Of a stretch of 64,000 bases of DNA, positions 11,985 to 25,318 are shown one piece after another. Under the pieces are notes generated by a model. The model was not told the origin of the DNA, did not search any database, and saw nothing but the letters and a program-made list of their open reading frames with translations. Each line of letters starts with the position of its first letter. The stretch's first letter is position 1. Both the position numbers and the translations under genes were made by a program. The stretch comes from Callorhinchus milii (taxonomy: Eukaryota), in the NCBI RefSeq assembly GCF_018977255.1, contig NW_024704742.1, forward strand, positions 114,020,001 through 114,084,000, given 5' to 3'.

Positions 11985-14726
11985 GTCATCCGCAGACATG
12001 AGGTCAACTTCCACATGTATGTGGATGACACCCAACTCTATCTTTCTGCCTCCACCCTCAACTCCAGGACCACTGCTGTCCTGACAGACTGCCTGTCGGA
12101 CATCAAGTCCTGGATGAGGGCAAATTTCCTACAGTTGAATGTGAACAAGACTGAGGCCTTCCTGATTGACTCGCGCCAACGCCTCTGCACCTCAGGCTCT
12201 GGCAAGATCAACTTCCATGGTTGCACACTACAACTCACCAAGCCTTAGGAACCTAGGATCCTCAACTGTCTTTTCTCCCCCACATTCAAGCCATGACCCG
12301 CTCTGCCTTCCCTCACCTTCGTAACATCGCCCGACTCTGCCACTATCTCACCCCTCAGGCCACTGAAACTCTTGTTCATGCCTTCATCACCTCCAGGCTC
12401 GACTATGCAATCGCTCTGCTTGTCGGCCTTCCCAACTCCTCCCTCCACAGGCTGCAGATAATCCTGAACTCTGCAGCCCACGTCCCTTCTCCCACACCAA
12501 ACTCCGTGACCCCATCTCCCCCACTCTCGCCTGACTCCACTGGCTCCCTATCCTTCAGAGGATCTAGTTCAAGATCCTGGTCCTCACCTACAAAGCTCTC
12601 CATGGTCTCGCCCCACCCTACCTCTGCGATCTCCTAACCCCCTACCAACCCGCCCATTCCCTCCGCTCAGCTGGTTCTGGCCTGCTCCACGTCCCCCGAC
12701 CCACCCGCCCCACCATTGGTGGGAGAGCCTTCAGCCACTCTGCCCCCAACCTCTGGAATTCCATCCCCCAGTCACTCCGCCTCGCCCCTTCCTTAGCCTC
12801 CTTCAAGTCCCACCTCAAAACTCTCCTCTTCAACCATGCCATCGGCCATCCCCCTTCTCCTCCTCTCCCTTCCCCCCAACCTCAGCTTGGGTCTGAAATT
12901 GTGTACTCTATCCAGCGCCTTGGGACGTCCTCCCGACATGAAAGGCGCTATACAAATGTAATCTTGTTGTTGTTGTTGTTGAAGGTGATAACCAGGATCT
13001 TGAACTGTATCCTCTGAGTGATAAAGAGTCAGTGGAGTCAGGCAAGGATGGAGGTGTTAGGTTCAAGGAGCCTGGTGCGGGAGGATACAGGCTGCAGAGT
13101 TCTGGATGTTCTGCAGCCTGCGAAGAGAGGAATTGGGGAGGCTCCCTGACAAGCAGGGATCCTTGCGAGGTTGACCCTGGATGTGATGTGATGAACGCGT
13201 CGGTGAGGGTCTTGGCAGCCTGCGGTGTGAGACAGTGGCGGAGCCGGGAATATTGTAGAGGTGGGGAAAGGCGGTGCGGGTCATGGCACGCATGTGGGGG
13301 ATGAAGGACAGTTGAGAGTCGAACAGGACCTGAGGTTCTGTTGGCTCCATGAGTTGTAGAGTGCATCCATGATGGGTGATGCTGTCAATGCCCAAGTTAT
13401 GGAGGGGCTGATGGGAGCCAGGCAGGAAGGTCTCGGTCTTGTTGATATTCAACTGGAGAAAGTTAGCTTTCATCCAGGACTTTGTGGAGACTCTGTATTA
13501 CATCTGATTGTAGCCAACTGAACTATTTTTGCTGCCCAGCACAGTTAATCCAGTAACAATTTTCTGCTTTAAAACGTTAATTGGTGCAGAAGTAATTAAA
13601 CCGTACAATAAAGGAGCAAACCAGATAACTTTTAAATGGTATTTACTCAATCCTAATTTTCCGATTAATTTGTGGAGTTTAGAGTGAGACAGCTGCATGG
13701 CTAACTGCAGAACAAATATTTATCAACCATGTGTGCTGTAACATAATTTTGGTAAAGTTCTAAAGTGAGAAAGGTTAAATAATATTCTTTTAGCTCTGGT
13801 GTATTCTGGCTCCCTTTTTATAAACCTCTGCCACTTTGAATACGTTACAGGCTTTACCTCTCTGATTTAGTTCATTAAGTACTAAATGTTCTGTGCAGCT
13901 TTCAACACAAGTACATATTTTCCACGATGCATATTCTTTGAACATTACGCAGTAGAATTGTAAAGCTGTTTTTCATTAAACAAACATAGTCACTATTTTG
14001 TTCAGGATTTTACTATGTAACTAATAAAACAAATAACTAATAAGATACCTAATTTTTAGACTGCCCTCCTACTCAGTCACAAGTATTATATCACTGCTTT
14101 GGGAGCTGTTAAAAAAATAATATCTGATTTCAGAGTTCTGTGCAAGCGCAACTACGCAGAGCGTTGAAATTAAGTGTTGTTTCATTAACAGCCTCCAAAC
14201 AATACCACAAGGAACAGGAAGCATAAATTAGGTTTCCTGCTCCACATTGCTCCAGTGTGGGAAGCGGGATTGCTTCACTTACATCAGTGCAAACTAAACA
14301 TTAATTTTTGCAACAGGCAGTTTTGCCAAAATAAATAAATTATACCATGTAACAGGCAGTCAAGAAAAATTACAAGAGAGGTTCAAATGATTAAAAGCCT
14401 TCAGTCCATTTGATATCATCATCCCAGATGCTAATTTGTATGTGAACTCTCATTCTTCTGGAGTTTACCTATGCTTTAGAACTATAGAATAATTAACGCA
14501 CAAGAGGAAACCATTTGGCCCAACAGGTCTGTTCTGGTGATACTCATGATAAGGTGAGGTGCAGAGCAACCTTATTTTCCTATTAAAATTCCATCTTTTC
14601 GGAGACGTATAACACCAATGTTAATACAATGATGTTAACAAGCTGTAAGCTATTGTTCAAGGAAACATTATTAGGTAGGAATGGGAATCTATTTCTTTAA
14701 GTCAATCATTTCTCCATTTCAGCCGA

Positions 14727-14885
14727 TAATAATAATAATCCGTGCCTTTGATATTATTCCTTATGACGTCTTTGAGACGGTTGATAGCACTTCACAGAAT
14801 ATACTGTAAAGTGAATTGACTGTATATTTTTGTGGGCAGGAAGTGTAGCCAATTTTGTACAGCAGTGTCCCACAAATAATCGTTT
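14727..14885 (-). mobile_element. SINE 3' fragment
   Basis: taataataatcc...cttcacagaatatactgtaaagtgaattgactgtatat...gtcccacaaa. Confidence 0.8.
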
Positions 14886-15156
14886 TTTTTTAAGTGCTGC
14901 TTTTAGACATACTCGTCCAGTGTCTGTGTTGCTACAAGCAATTTCCCTTATCAGAGGTTTACTTTCAACTTAGCTTAGAGAATGCACTTTATTCCCATTG
15001 AGCCGTGGTCTTTGCAAGCCTTTGCAACGTAGGGAGTAACAACTTAGACCCAAGCCAGGATTGATAGCACAATTTCACTCAACATGTTTCAATATGTATA
15101 ACATATACAGTATACCAGTTGATCATTTAGTAGATATTCTGTGAGGAATGAGACAG

Positions 15157-16095
15157 GAACATAGAAACAGGAGGAGACCATTCAGCCCTTTGAGTCTGTA
15201 CTGCCATTTAATTAGATCATGGCTTATCTGTACCTCATCTAATCCTTTCAATTCCAATTTCTCGCTTTCTCCCCATATCCCTTAATATCCTGACCTACCA
15301 AAAATCAACCTCACTATTTAAGGTGTGGTTGGATCCAGCATCCATGGTCTTTTGGGGAGAGAATTCCAGATTTCTACCATCCTTTGAGTGAGAAAATACT
15401 TCCTGATTTCACTCTTAAATAGCCTGGTTCTAATTTTAAGACTATTCCGCCTTCTTTTGGATTCCCCCAACAGAGGAAATAGCTTCTCTGTATCTACCGT
15501 ATCGAATCCCTTTATCATCTTAAATACCTCAATTAAATCACCCCTCAACCTTCCAAACTCAAGGGAATACAATCCAAGTTTATGCAGCCTTTCCTTATAA
15601 CTTAACTCTTTTAGGCCTGGTAACATTCTGATGAACGTGCGTTGCACCCCTTCCGGGGCTAATATATCTTTCCTCCACAGTTCCTAATTTCTCTCCAGTA
15701 AGAAAATATTCTGCTTCATCTTTTTTCGGTCCATAGTGGATGACTTCACACTTCCCTACATTGAACTCCATCTGCCATTCATTTTGCCCACTCATTTAAT
15801 CTCTCTAAATTCCTTTGTAACTTCTTACTCCCATCTAGACAACGTATTAAGCCTCCTAGATTAGTGTTGCCTGCAAAGTTGGATATAAAACTTTCTAGTC
15901 CTTCATCCAAGTCATTTATATATGCATGGAAATAACTGAGGTCCCAGTACAGACCACTGGGGGACACAACTTGTCACATCCCGCCAAGCAAAGAACGTTT
16001 CCTTTATCCCTACTCTCTGTTTCCTGCCTCCCAACCAATTACCAAGCCACATCACAAGGTTAACTTCGACTCCATGCACTTCCATGTTCGCTGGT
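15157..16095 (-). mobile_element. CR1 LINE 3' fragment (RT C-terminus plus 3' UTR), degraded
   Basis: VTSCVPQWSVLGPQLF, YINDLDEG, WQMEFNVGKCEVIH, LSYKERLHKLGLYSLE..RLRGDLIEVFK. Confidence 0.92.
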
Positions 16096-16099
16096 CTGA

Positions 16100-16502
16100 C
16101 ACAGTCTCTCACCACTTCATCAGAAGGTTGTGGGTTCAAGCTTCAAGTTAAGACTTTGAGCTCAATATGTAGGCTGACATTCCAGTGCAATGCCAGGGTG
16201 TGATGTATACTCAGAGGTGCTGTCCTTCAGTTAAGATGTTAAAATAAAGTCCTGTCTGTCTATTCCGTTAGACCTTAAAGTTCCCATGGTACTATTCAGA
16301 AAGAGTTTTTTTTCCAGTGTCCTAGCCAATAATTTCCCATATAAAACCAGTCATTCGCTTCACAGCTGTTTATGGGACTTTACTGTCTGCAAATTGGCTG
16401 CTCCATTTACCTGCAAAAAAAATACACTCTACAGTAAATCTTGTGGAATAATTTGAGACATTCTGACAATGTGATAAGATGCTACATCAATTGTTATTAT
16501 TA
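16100..16502 (+). mobile_element. old SacSINE1/DeuSINE-like SINE
   Basis: cagaaggttgtgggttcaag head, taggctgacattccagtgc, cccatggtactattc, aaattggctgc, ATT tail. Confidence 0.8.
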
Positions 16503-17394
16503 TGTGAGAACTTCTTCCCCCACATTTGGCACATTGGTTTAGCTAAAAGATTTTAATGCTTCCACTGTTTTCTATTGTGTTTAATGCAGCTTCACGGGCT
16601 ACTGGTATATTACTATCAATATCCCACTATTCTGTGAAGCAGCTTTGAAAGCCACTCCAGAGTCGAGAACAAGAACCTCAGCCAATAAGTGGGAATGAAA
16701 TATGGAGTCAGAAAGTTTGGAGCTGTCTTCATGTAACAAAGTCAAGGTGTGTGTCGGGGGGAGGGGCATGTGAAGCAAATCCAGCAGGAGTCACAATTTG
16801 CAAGCTGTCTGTTAGAAATATGGTGTTCATTTCCACCTCCATTAATTGAAATATTCAGGTCACTTGCCAACTATTAGGGTAAAGTATGTAGGTCTTGAAT
16901 ATTGTTACCATAAAGTTTTGTGTTATTCTCCATAATCCACCCCAGTTAAATTCTGGCCACATCACCCTGTCTAATGTGAAAATCTAAATTCCATATTGTG
17001 CCAGGCTTGTAAGGTAATGGAAATATAACCTTGGCCCTGTCATTTACACTTATGACAGAAGGTAAATTTATGAATGTGGGAGGTAAGTGTGTATGAGTTA
17101 TGAAGAGGACAGTTGTTTTTTATTGGGTCTGACAAGGAGATAATGGGAGTTTCCATATGGAAGAAGAGGAGAGAGTGTGAGCCACACAGAGCTAATCAGA
17201 GAATGCCACTTCTATGCAAATAATTTAATTTTATATTCACAATGCAATGCTATTTAGACCTTCAAATTATATTATTGTCATTAGGGAGCACAAGGACATA
17301 TTGGAGAACTTAGCCAACGTAAACCCACATCAATAAATTTATAACCTGATGGTCATAGGACAGAATAATAACAACAACAACAATAACTATAAAA

Positions 17395-17735
17395 CAAAGG
17401 CACAGACTCAAGACCAGAAGAGGGAAAAGGACCAGACAGTTCCTATCTAATTATCACAGAGGGTGGTGAATTCCGTATGCAGAATAGGATACCCAGGGAG
17501 GTAGCATGGGCAGATTGTGGCAGTAATTTCAAAGAGGAATTGAATTGTTATTTGACGTAGAATTACAATGCAATTCATACTTCTATAGCGCCTTTCTTGT
17601 TGGAAGGACGTCGCTCACACCCTGAGCTGGGAGTGGGAATTCAATTAAGGGGCATGAAAGATAGAGTAGTCTATCTCAGGAATGGCCAAATAGGATGAAA
17701 TGGTCTTTTCCGGTCCTGTGTATTCCTACGTTCCT
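17395..17735 (+). mobile_element. degraded CR1 3' end with small L2-tail insert
   Basis: cacagagggtggtgaatt...atttcaaagaggaattga...tggtcttttccggtcctgtgtattcctacgttcc. Confidence 0.6.
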
Positions 17736-18659
17736 AACCCCAAAAGTTATTCTAAACAATGGAGACTGCAGATTATTTCTGGGCAGGAATGGATGCATCG
17801 TAGAATTAAAACAGGAAATTAGGAGTGAAAAATTATGATATTAAATAAAACATATCTTAAATTGAAATAGGGTGAAACCAGATACATATTCAAAAGCCAG
17901 TTTGCATATGACCGTCCAGTTCCACCAAGAAAGAGGCACTGGATGGAGATTTATATGAAACTTGGATATTTCTAGGTTTTAATAGTCAGGACGGGATCTT
18001 GGCAGGTGAATGCAAGGGCAAAGGGTTAAAACTGTATTATGTGAAAAGATCATCACTAAAGAAAGGTAGAATTTACAACCTGAGACTGCTCAACATTTGC
18101 ACCCTGTAATTACATTATTACCTGAACATTTCTACCCTACATAACAATTACTTGCCTGACCTAAAAACATGCTTTTAATTTATTTCTCTAAATACACCTG
18201 AGAGCAAATGTATATGTCTATTAGTTTTTGGATTGGTAATCTTTCTTCCTGCCATAATCAGAAAATATTTACAGCAGCTTCTAAAGATTAAGAAAAGAGC
18301 AGCTTCTTGTCCAGATGGCAATGTAATTATAGCCTGAAGCATTAGGTATTCCAGTAGGAATAGTGTGCAGCTCTTTATGAGAACAATGAGATCTTGAGGA
18401 AATGAGGTGTGCTGATGGGAAAACTGTAACTTAACCATCATTAGAATTCCATCATCAGCAGACTCTCAATTTCCAGCTCTGAACTTATCATTTATAATGT
18501 CTTCAGATCCACCATTAACATAATTATACCTTTCGGGAGGTAGAATGCAGGTGTCCACCAGAAGCTGATGTGAGAGATGATAGGTAACAAACAGACCTCA
18601 TGGGTTCACTTTTCTGAGTTTGTTTACCTTTATTCGGGCAATCTGTGCAGTACAATATA

Positions 18660-19525
18660 GAGAAGGGAATTTTGTCCTGGTGTCCTGGTCAACAATCTCC
18701 CAAATAAAAATGGCCATTCATTTCATGGCTGTTTGTGGTATATTACTGTGCATAATTTGGCTGCATGTTCACCCATAAATATACAGTCACTCCACTTTAC
18801 AATAAATCCTGCGAAGCATTTTGGGACATCTTCCCAACATGAAATATGAAAAGGGGCTATACCAAATTCAAGGATTATTATTATTTTTTTTCAATGCAAT
18901 TTACATTTATAGAGTGCTTTTCATGTCGGCAGGACGTCTCAAAACGCTTGACAACTCTGGCTGGAACCTAATCTGTGGGTGGAAGCTGAGGAAGGCAGGA
19001 AGGGGAAAGATAATTAAAAGCACGGTCACAGAGGTATGTTTTGAGACTGGCCTTGAAATGAGGGGATGGAGGGAGCGAGACAGACAGACTCTGGGGCAGA
19101 AGGGCTGAAAGCTGCCTATTGGGGTTTGGGCTGATAAGATGGGGTATATGAAGCTGGCCAGTGTTCACTGAGTGAAGGGAGCGACCAAATTGGGGTGGTT
19201 GAATCTGCACACCTCTTACTCACTTGTATACCAAGGATATCAAGGCCTTGGAGAGGTTGCATAGGAGATTTACCCAAATGTTACCAGGGTTGAGGGACTT
19301 TAGTTATGTGGAGACTAGAGAAGCTGGAATTGTTCTCCTTAGAGCAGAGAAGGTTAAGGGGAGATCTAATAGAGGTGTTCAAAACTATAAGGGGTTTTGA
19401 TTGAGTAGATAAAGATAATCTGTTTCCACTGGCAGGTGGGTCAATAACTAGGGCACATAAATCTAAGATAATTGGCAAAAGAGCCAGAGGAGAGATGAGG
19501 AGACTTTTTTTACACAGAGAGTTGA
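18660..19525. mobile_element. repeat cluster: SINE 3' part (+, 18660-18890), L2 3' fragment (-, 18890-19195), CR1 RT fragment (+, 19225-19525)
   Basis: Deu-like tail; FKASLKTYLCDRAF on minus strand; KLELFSLEQRRLRGDLIEVFK on plus strand. Confidence 0.8.
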
Positions 19526-19599
19526 TACAAAGATGTTTACTGTGTTACCTTCTGAAACTCAGCTCCTGTTAACACTGCAAGCCAAAGCCCTAATGGGTA

Positions 19600-20150
19600 G
19601 GATGGTCCTAGCTGGATAAACAGCAGGAAAGCTTGCCATACAGCAATATCAATGGCAAGTTGTGAGGTTTTAGCTGGTTAGACTCCAACAGCAGTACTGC
19701 AACACACACTCTGGGGTCCCCAAGCCTTGGCTCTTGCCAACCTGCACCTAATACGTTTCGGAATTAGATAAGCAGGATGCGTCCTTCCAGGGAGAGCATG
19801 CGCATTCAATTCCAACAATCTATCTCTGGGATTTCCATATGTAGATGGGATGCATGGAAATCTTAGCTTGGTTTGGTTACTCTTAATGATGGGTCGGTCA
19901 CCCAGCTGACCAAAATAAAAACCTTCTGAAAACACATAGACCTGGACCATAGTGCTGGATCAAGCAAGGTTGGCAGCCTCAGGCATATGAATCTACACTT
20001 CACCTCAGCCCTGTGTGCCTCATGAAGCCTCAGTGAGCAAACCACGGAAGCTATTATCATCATTTTTCTTTGAATGCTCTGAGGGATATAAAGGTCTGCA
20101 AGACAATGATGCCTTGTTGTAAGCCCCATATGCATGATTTATCCCATCAG
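19600..20150 (-). mobile_element. probable tyrosine-recombinase (DIRS/Ngaro- or Crypton-like) fossil
   Basis: ordered degenerate motifs MMIIASVVCSLRLHE (LRxxE box), LDPALW, LRVTK (SKT-like), GRILL.FRNVL; homologous pieces at 29470-29680, 32995-33220 and 39755-40025. Confidence 0.45.
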
Positions 20151-21030
20151 TTTTAGTATTACAGGACCCAGACTGAGAATCAACCATTTGTTAAGGCTGA
20201 TTGCAATGACAGCATAATGGTAAATATTTGTTTAAAATACAGTGGAGGTAAAAAGCATATGTTTGCAGTCTAGTATTGATCTAGTATTGATCGGGTCACA
20301 CACAAATTACTGTTCTAAAAGAGAGAAGGAGGCAGGTAGAAAAATAAACAATTCCTTATTGAAATATATTATTTCAGATATTACTTCTATTCTTGACATG
20401 CACACTTTCTTTAGCGGATAAAATAACCTAAAAACTCTGCTTCTCAATATTTCCATGACTCACTGTTGATATCACAATACTGTAGCAATAATAATAGGTA
20501 CATTTGATATAACCCCCTTCATGTCAAAGAGCTTTACAGGATATTTTGTAAAGTGGGGTGACTGTGTTTATGGCTGAACACAACAGCCAACCTGGATACA
20601 ACAGTGTCCCACAAATAGCCATGAAGTGAATGGCTACTTTTATTTGACAGATTGTTGGCAAGGACACTGGGAGAAACCCAAATTGGTACAATAGTCAGTA
20701 CTCAATAGTACTAATAAAGCTTTTAAAATGATACATAAACCTGATGTCGCTGAAACTACAACATCTGTAATAATCTATTACCTGAATCATCCAGAGACAG
20801 CAATTTTCCAATACTCTAAGAATTTACCATATTTTGAATGAATATATTGTTCTAACAAAATAATTACATATTGTATTGCCTGAATTTTTAAATTAAATTT
20901 GGATCTGGGCAAAGCAACAACAACAACTTGCATTTATATAGTGCCCTTCATGCTGGACGATGTCTCGGAGCACTTAAACTGTCATCAATAAAATTGTCAC
21001 ATATGCACGCTTGAGGTGTCATCAGGAATA

Positions 21031-21285
21031 GCTGAAGATGCTGATTCTTGTTGAGGTAGTTTCTACTTTCATTCAACTCAGTCTGTGGTACCTGCAGGTA
21101 TCAGCACGCTGGTTCCTCACCAAAGTAATCACTTTTTACATCCTGGCAGCAGGATATTTAACTATATTTAAACTATCATAAACTATCATTCCTGTTCTCC
21201 TGACATCCACACACAGCACACTTTACAGTAGATTTTCACCAGATGGCAATTAAGAGAGACAATCCTTGCTCATTTTCTCCTCATC
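21031..21285 (-). repeat. ancient SINE-like repeat, inverted partner of 22494-22713
   Basis: distal 106 bp about 89% identical to reverse complement of 22608-22713; same family as 50283-50645. Confidence 0.8.
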
Positions 21286-21597
21286 AAATAATTGAGCAGT
21301 AAATGTGTGATTTATGAATGCTCAATATGAGAATTATTACTGTACCATAACATTCGCTTCTGCCAGTTACCAGAAGGACCAAATTTGCAACCTTCAGCAC
21401 TAAATATCCTTTAGGTGGCAGCACTCCCCTCCTGGAGATTAGCGGTGTCTGCCAGTTTTTCAGATCATCGCCACCATTTTGGATTCATTTATTTTAAATT
21501 CTGGACGCTAAAGTAGGCTTTTAACTCAACCTTTCATTCAGTGTTTATTTTCTAGTCATGATCTGGTGAAGAATCTACAAAAATGTACACATTCTAA

Positions 21598-22312
21598 AAT
21601 AATGATGATAATCCTTGAATTGATATAGTGCATTTTCACATGATCGAAACATTAATAATAATAATAATCCTTGCATTTGATATAGCGCTTTTCACGTCGG
21701 GAGGACGTCCCAAAGCGCTTCACAGAATACACTGAAAAGTGAATTGACTGTATATTTGTGGGCGAACGCGGCAGCCAATTGCGCACAGCAATGTCCCACA
21801 AACAGTCGTAGATTGAAAATGACCAAATTATTATTGTTTTTAGTTTTGGAGGGATTATTATTAGGTGTGTGGAGTAAGGAAACTTGCCCAAGGTTTCGCC
21901 CTGCCTGGAATTGAACTCAGGTCTCTCGTTTGCAAAGCGAGTGCTCTAACCACTGAGCCACAGGACTCCAATTGCTTCACAAGAGTTACTGCAGTGGAGT
22001 GACTACATTTTTGTAGGCAAACCCAGCAACCAATTTGCAAACAGCATTGTCCCAGAAACTGCCATGAAGTGAGTGAACAATTTTATCTGGGGGATTGTTA
22101 ATCAGGACACCAGGAAAACTCCCTTCTCTTTTCAATTAGTGCCATGGGATCTTTAGCATTCACCTGAACAGGCAGCCAGGACCTTGGTTCAACATCTCGT
22201 CTAAACGACAGCACATCCAATACTGCAGTGTCAGCCTAGATTGCAAGTTCAAATCGCAATGTGGGGTTGATTCCATAATCTCTGATTTAGAGGTGAGAGT
22301 GTTACCAACTAA
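21598..22312 (-). mobile_element. old SacSINE1-like SINE with a nested young SINE at 21653-21969
   Basis: old tail at 21598-21652 continues at 21970; inner copy near-identical to 9399-9732. Confidence 0.9.
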
Positions 22313-22493
22313 ATTAGACCAATCTTTAAGAAACAATGGAAAGATGAAAACTTTATCAGACTGATAGATGTTATCGGTCAGACAAACTAAGCAAAGACAG
22401 GTGGGCCAGAAGTCCACATGTTTATTTCCAAGTCTCCACTGAGATAATGGAACAAATTAGGGTGTTACAATCAGTTTTATAATTCTTGAGTTA

Positions 22494-22713
22494 GGGAGGA
22501 GAAAATGAGCAAGAATCGCGTCTTTTGATTGCAATATAGTGAACAGAAATAGGTGCAGCTATGATGTGTTATGTAGTTAAATATCCTACTGCCAAAGCTC
22601 ACATATAAAAAAATGATTACTTTGGGGAGGAACCAACGTGCTGATACCTGCAGCTCCTACAGACTGAGTTGAGTGAAAGCAGAAACTACCTCAACTTGAA
22701 TCAACACCTTCAG
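22494..22713 (+). repeat. ancient SINE-like repeat, inverted partner of 21031-21285
   Basis: gaggagaaaatgagcaag...gtagttaaatatcct...gattactttgg shared with partner. Confidence 0.8.
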
Positions 22714-25132
22714 GGGGGCATCTAATTTATCACAAAAATATTTGGAAATGGCAAATCTCGGATATGTCACAACCTATCATTTGGATCTATCCACAATCTT
22801 TCATAACAGTGGTGTCACGAAAGCTGGAACTATGATTGGAATCCAAGTGGAAATCCAGAGGGTTGGCTCCAATACATCCAGGATTTGCTAACTACAGACT
22901 CTTTGGCGACCCCATTAAAGGTTAAATCTGCAAGGGATTCTCACTTGCTGACAAAGCTGCACACATAGACTAATACAATTTTCAGGAGCACATATTTTGA
23001 TTTTCTTTTGCTTTTGCAATATGTGCGGTTTATAGCAACCCAGCGCAAGTTCCAAGGCATATGTTTTATATCTAAGCTTTTGAGCATGGACATGTGCAAC
23101 TCAACTTTGTGCTGTATCAAGAGATTAACTAAATAACAGGGATTGGCAGCTGTTTCTGGCACTGGAGTAGTGACTGAAACCACCAATGTTCATCTTGCTC
23201 CCATCAAATCCAGGCAAAAGGGACTAATACAGTGATCGGAACACCAAAACATCTTTGTTAGGAGAGGATAAACATGTATCTTTACCATAATGGATGTAGC
23301 TAAACTCTAAGGAAGTGGATATGAGCCATGTGATTGATTCTGTTTTATGCTTTTTCCTTTACATTTGACATGTTTTTACATTGTGTCTCATGTCTTTCTT
23401 TCTTTTCAGATTTAAACAGTGAAAACTGGATATGGTTCAGACAATCATCTATGAATAATATTCTGTAATTCAGTTGATAGTTCACGGAGTTGACCTGTGT
23501 TATGCTCTGTTTAGTCTACAACACTTCCATGTGTAATTCACTGGTCAGTTCATTCTAGTATTCCACTATAAATTTCAGCATTTGCACGGAAAAAGGGTGC
23601 AATGTGTAATGTTTCAATATGATATGATATATTATGAAACATTGGATTTTTCATTGTTTACTTTGAAAGAGCATCCATGAAAAGTCTGGCAGATATCCAT
23701 GGCAAAGGCATTGCTTGTCATCAGAGGTCAATGCATGCTGACCATGAGGTTTGAAAAAGGGCTTTAGCTTGAGAAATAATCTTCCTCATTATCAGTGAAT
23801 CTCCACCACATGCCATTTGTGAGTATTCAGAGCAGCAAACAAGTGTTTGAAGGGCTGTGGTGAAGATATCACCTGTCAGCAACAGAACTTTCTCAAGGCA
23901 TCTGGCACACTGCCTTCCTCACTTCCACCATGATGTACATTTAAACCCAATTCAATGACACAACACAGTGTTAAATAGAAACATTATGTTTAATAGGAAC
24001 AAAGCAAAACCCCTCCATTAACTCTGGACAATCTAATATTATGAATATAAATGCGCATTATGTCTCAAAGATCCAATCAATGGGAGGATCAAGGCTGACT
24101 TCCAGTTCAGTAAGACTGTTAGATGTTAACAAGAACAAATGGGAACATAACATTGCTCCACCCAGTAATGTAAAATTCTTTCTTATCTCTATGGCTAAAT
24201 GCAGAATAGAAAATTCAATCACTTCTTGCTGACAGCTAAGCAAACGTCTCCACTTCAAGTGAACTTTGAAATCTATGATTGGTAACAACAGTGATACGTT
24301 CTATGCTTTCTTTAAATAGTTAATAACTGCATACATTCACAGCGTATGGTGAGAGGCAGATAACCGCTGAATATCTTGAGCAGATTCAATGTGTTTTATT
24401 GATAGAAAAATTAGGGTATTTGATTGTAATGAATGTGGGATGTCACCAACTGTAGTTCTCAAACCTTCACTCCAGAAAGTTCAGCAATTCACTACAAAAG
24501 CTTTTCTTCAAATTTGTTTCCCTTCTCCTGTTCTCGTTGCCGGTTTCGGGTTTTCCAATGATACTTAGATGAGCATTAAAAATCATTATTGAGTCCAAGA
24601 TCCTGCTACCTCCATAATAATAATAATCTTTGCATTTGATATAGCACCTTTAACTTCAGGAAGACATGTCAAAACGCTTCACAGGATTTATTGTAACGTG
24701 TAGTAACTGTAATTTGTAAGTGAACAATTCCCCTTTATATGAATTAATGAACCTGTGCCCTACTTATTATGACCATTTATTACTGAAGAATTGCCTAAAT
24801 ATGATCATTACTTCAAATTTAACATAACACAGACAAATTAGGTTGCTTAATGAGTTCTTAGCTGAAATCATTCATCAGGCAGATTTCAATTTAAATGGTC
24901 TTGAAAGGGGGAAATGTCCTACTATAAAATAATTATTGTGACTAATAGAGAGTGACAGCTATTCTCTCAGGCATCCTGCTTATACATTTGTGCAGCTCTC
25001 TGTTGTAGTACTATGCCTATCCTACTTTACACTAAATTCAACATTATTCTTCAATAGCAACAACTTACATAGACTGTGAAGCACTGAAACAGGCCTTCCA
25101 GACCAATTATTCTTTGCTCGTGGTTATAAATT

Positions 25133-25318
25133 ATAGGAAGATAGGAACAGAACTAGGTCATTCAGCCCCTCAAGCCTGTTCCGCCTTTCTATAAGATCAT
25201 GGCTGATCTGTATCTCAACTCCAATTTCCCGCCCTTGCCTAACAAACATCTATCCAACTCAGTCTTGAAAATTTGAATGGATCCAGCATCCACAGCCTTT
25301 TGGGGGAAGAGAGTTCCT
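25133..25318 (-). mobile_element. CR1 3' UTR fragment
   Basis: ataggaacag...cattcagcccctcaagcctgttccg...agatcatggctgatctg, homologous to 15157-15370. Confidence 0.8.

Larger units (their letters stand above)
8158..12980 (+). mobile_element. intermediate-age L2 (own sequence 8158-8360 and 11985-12980)
   Basis: [42 protein letters not shown] rejoins across the inner L2; (ttg)n tail at 12964-12980. Confidence 0.9.
7797..13480 (-). mobile_element. old L2 fragment (own sequence 7797-8157 and 12981-13480)
   Basis: halves rejoin as [30 protein letters not shown] at 5' end; tail near 7797-7830. Confidence 0.85.
7529..13497 (+). mobile_element. internally deleted Tc1/mariner element split by nested retrotransposons (own sequence 7529-7796 and 13479-13497)
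   Basis: TA+CAAGGGTGTCCACAAAGT left TIR; ACTTTGTGGAGACTCTG+TA right TIR (15/18 match); transposase C-terminus-like EELKQAVRDTFCLITPSMLQKMSH and ASDPLDI* (7701-7724). Confidence 0.75.
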
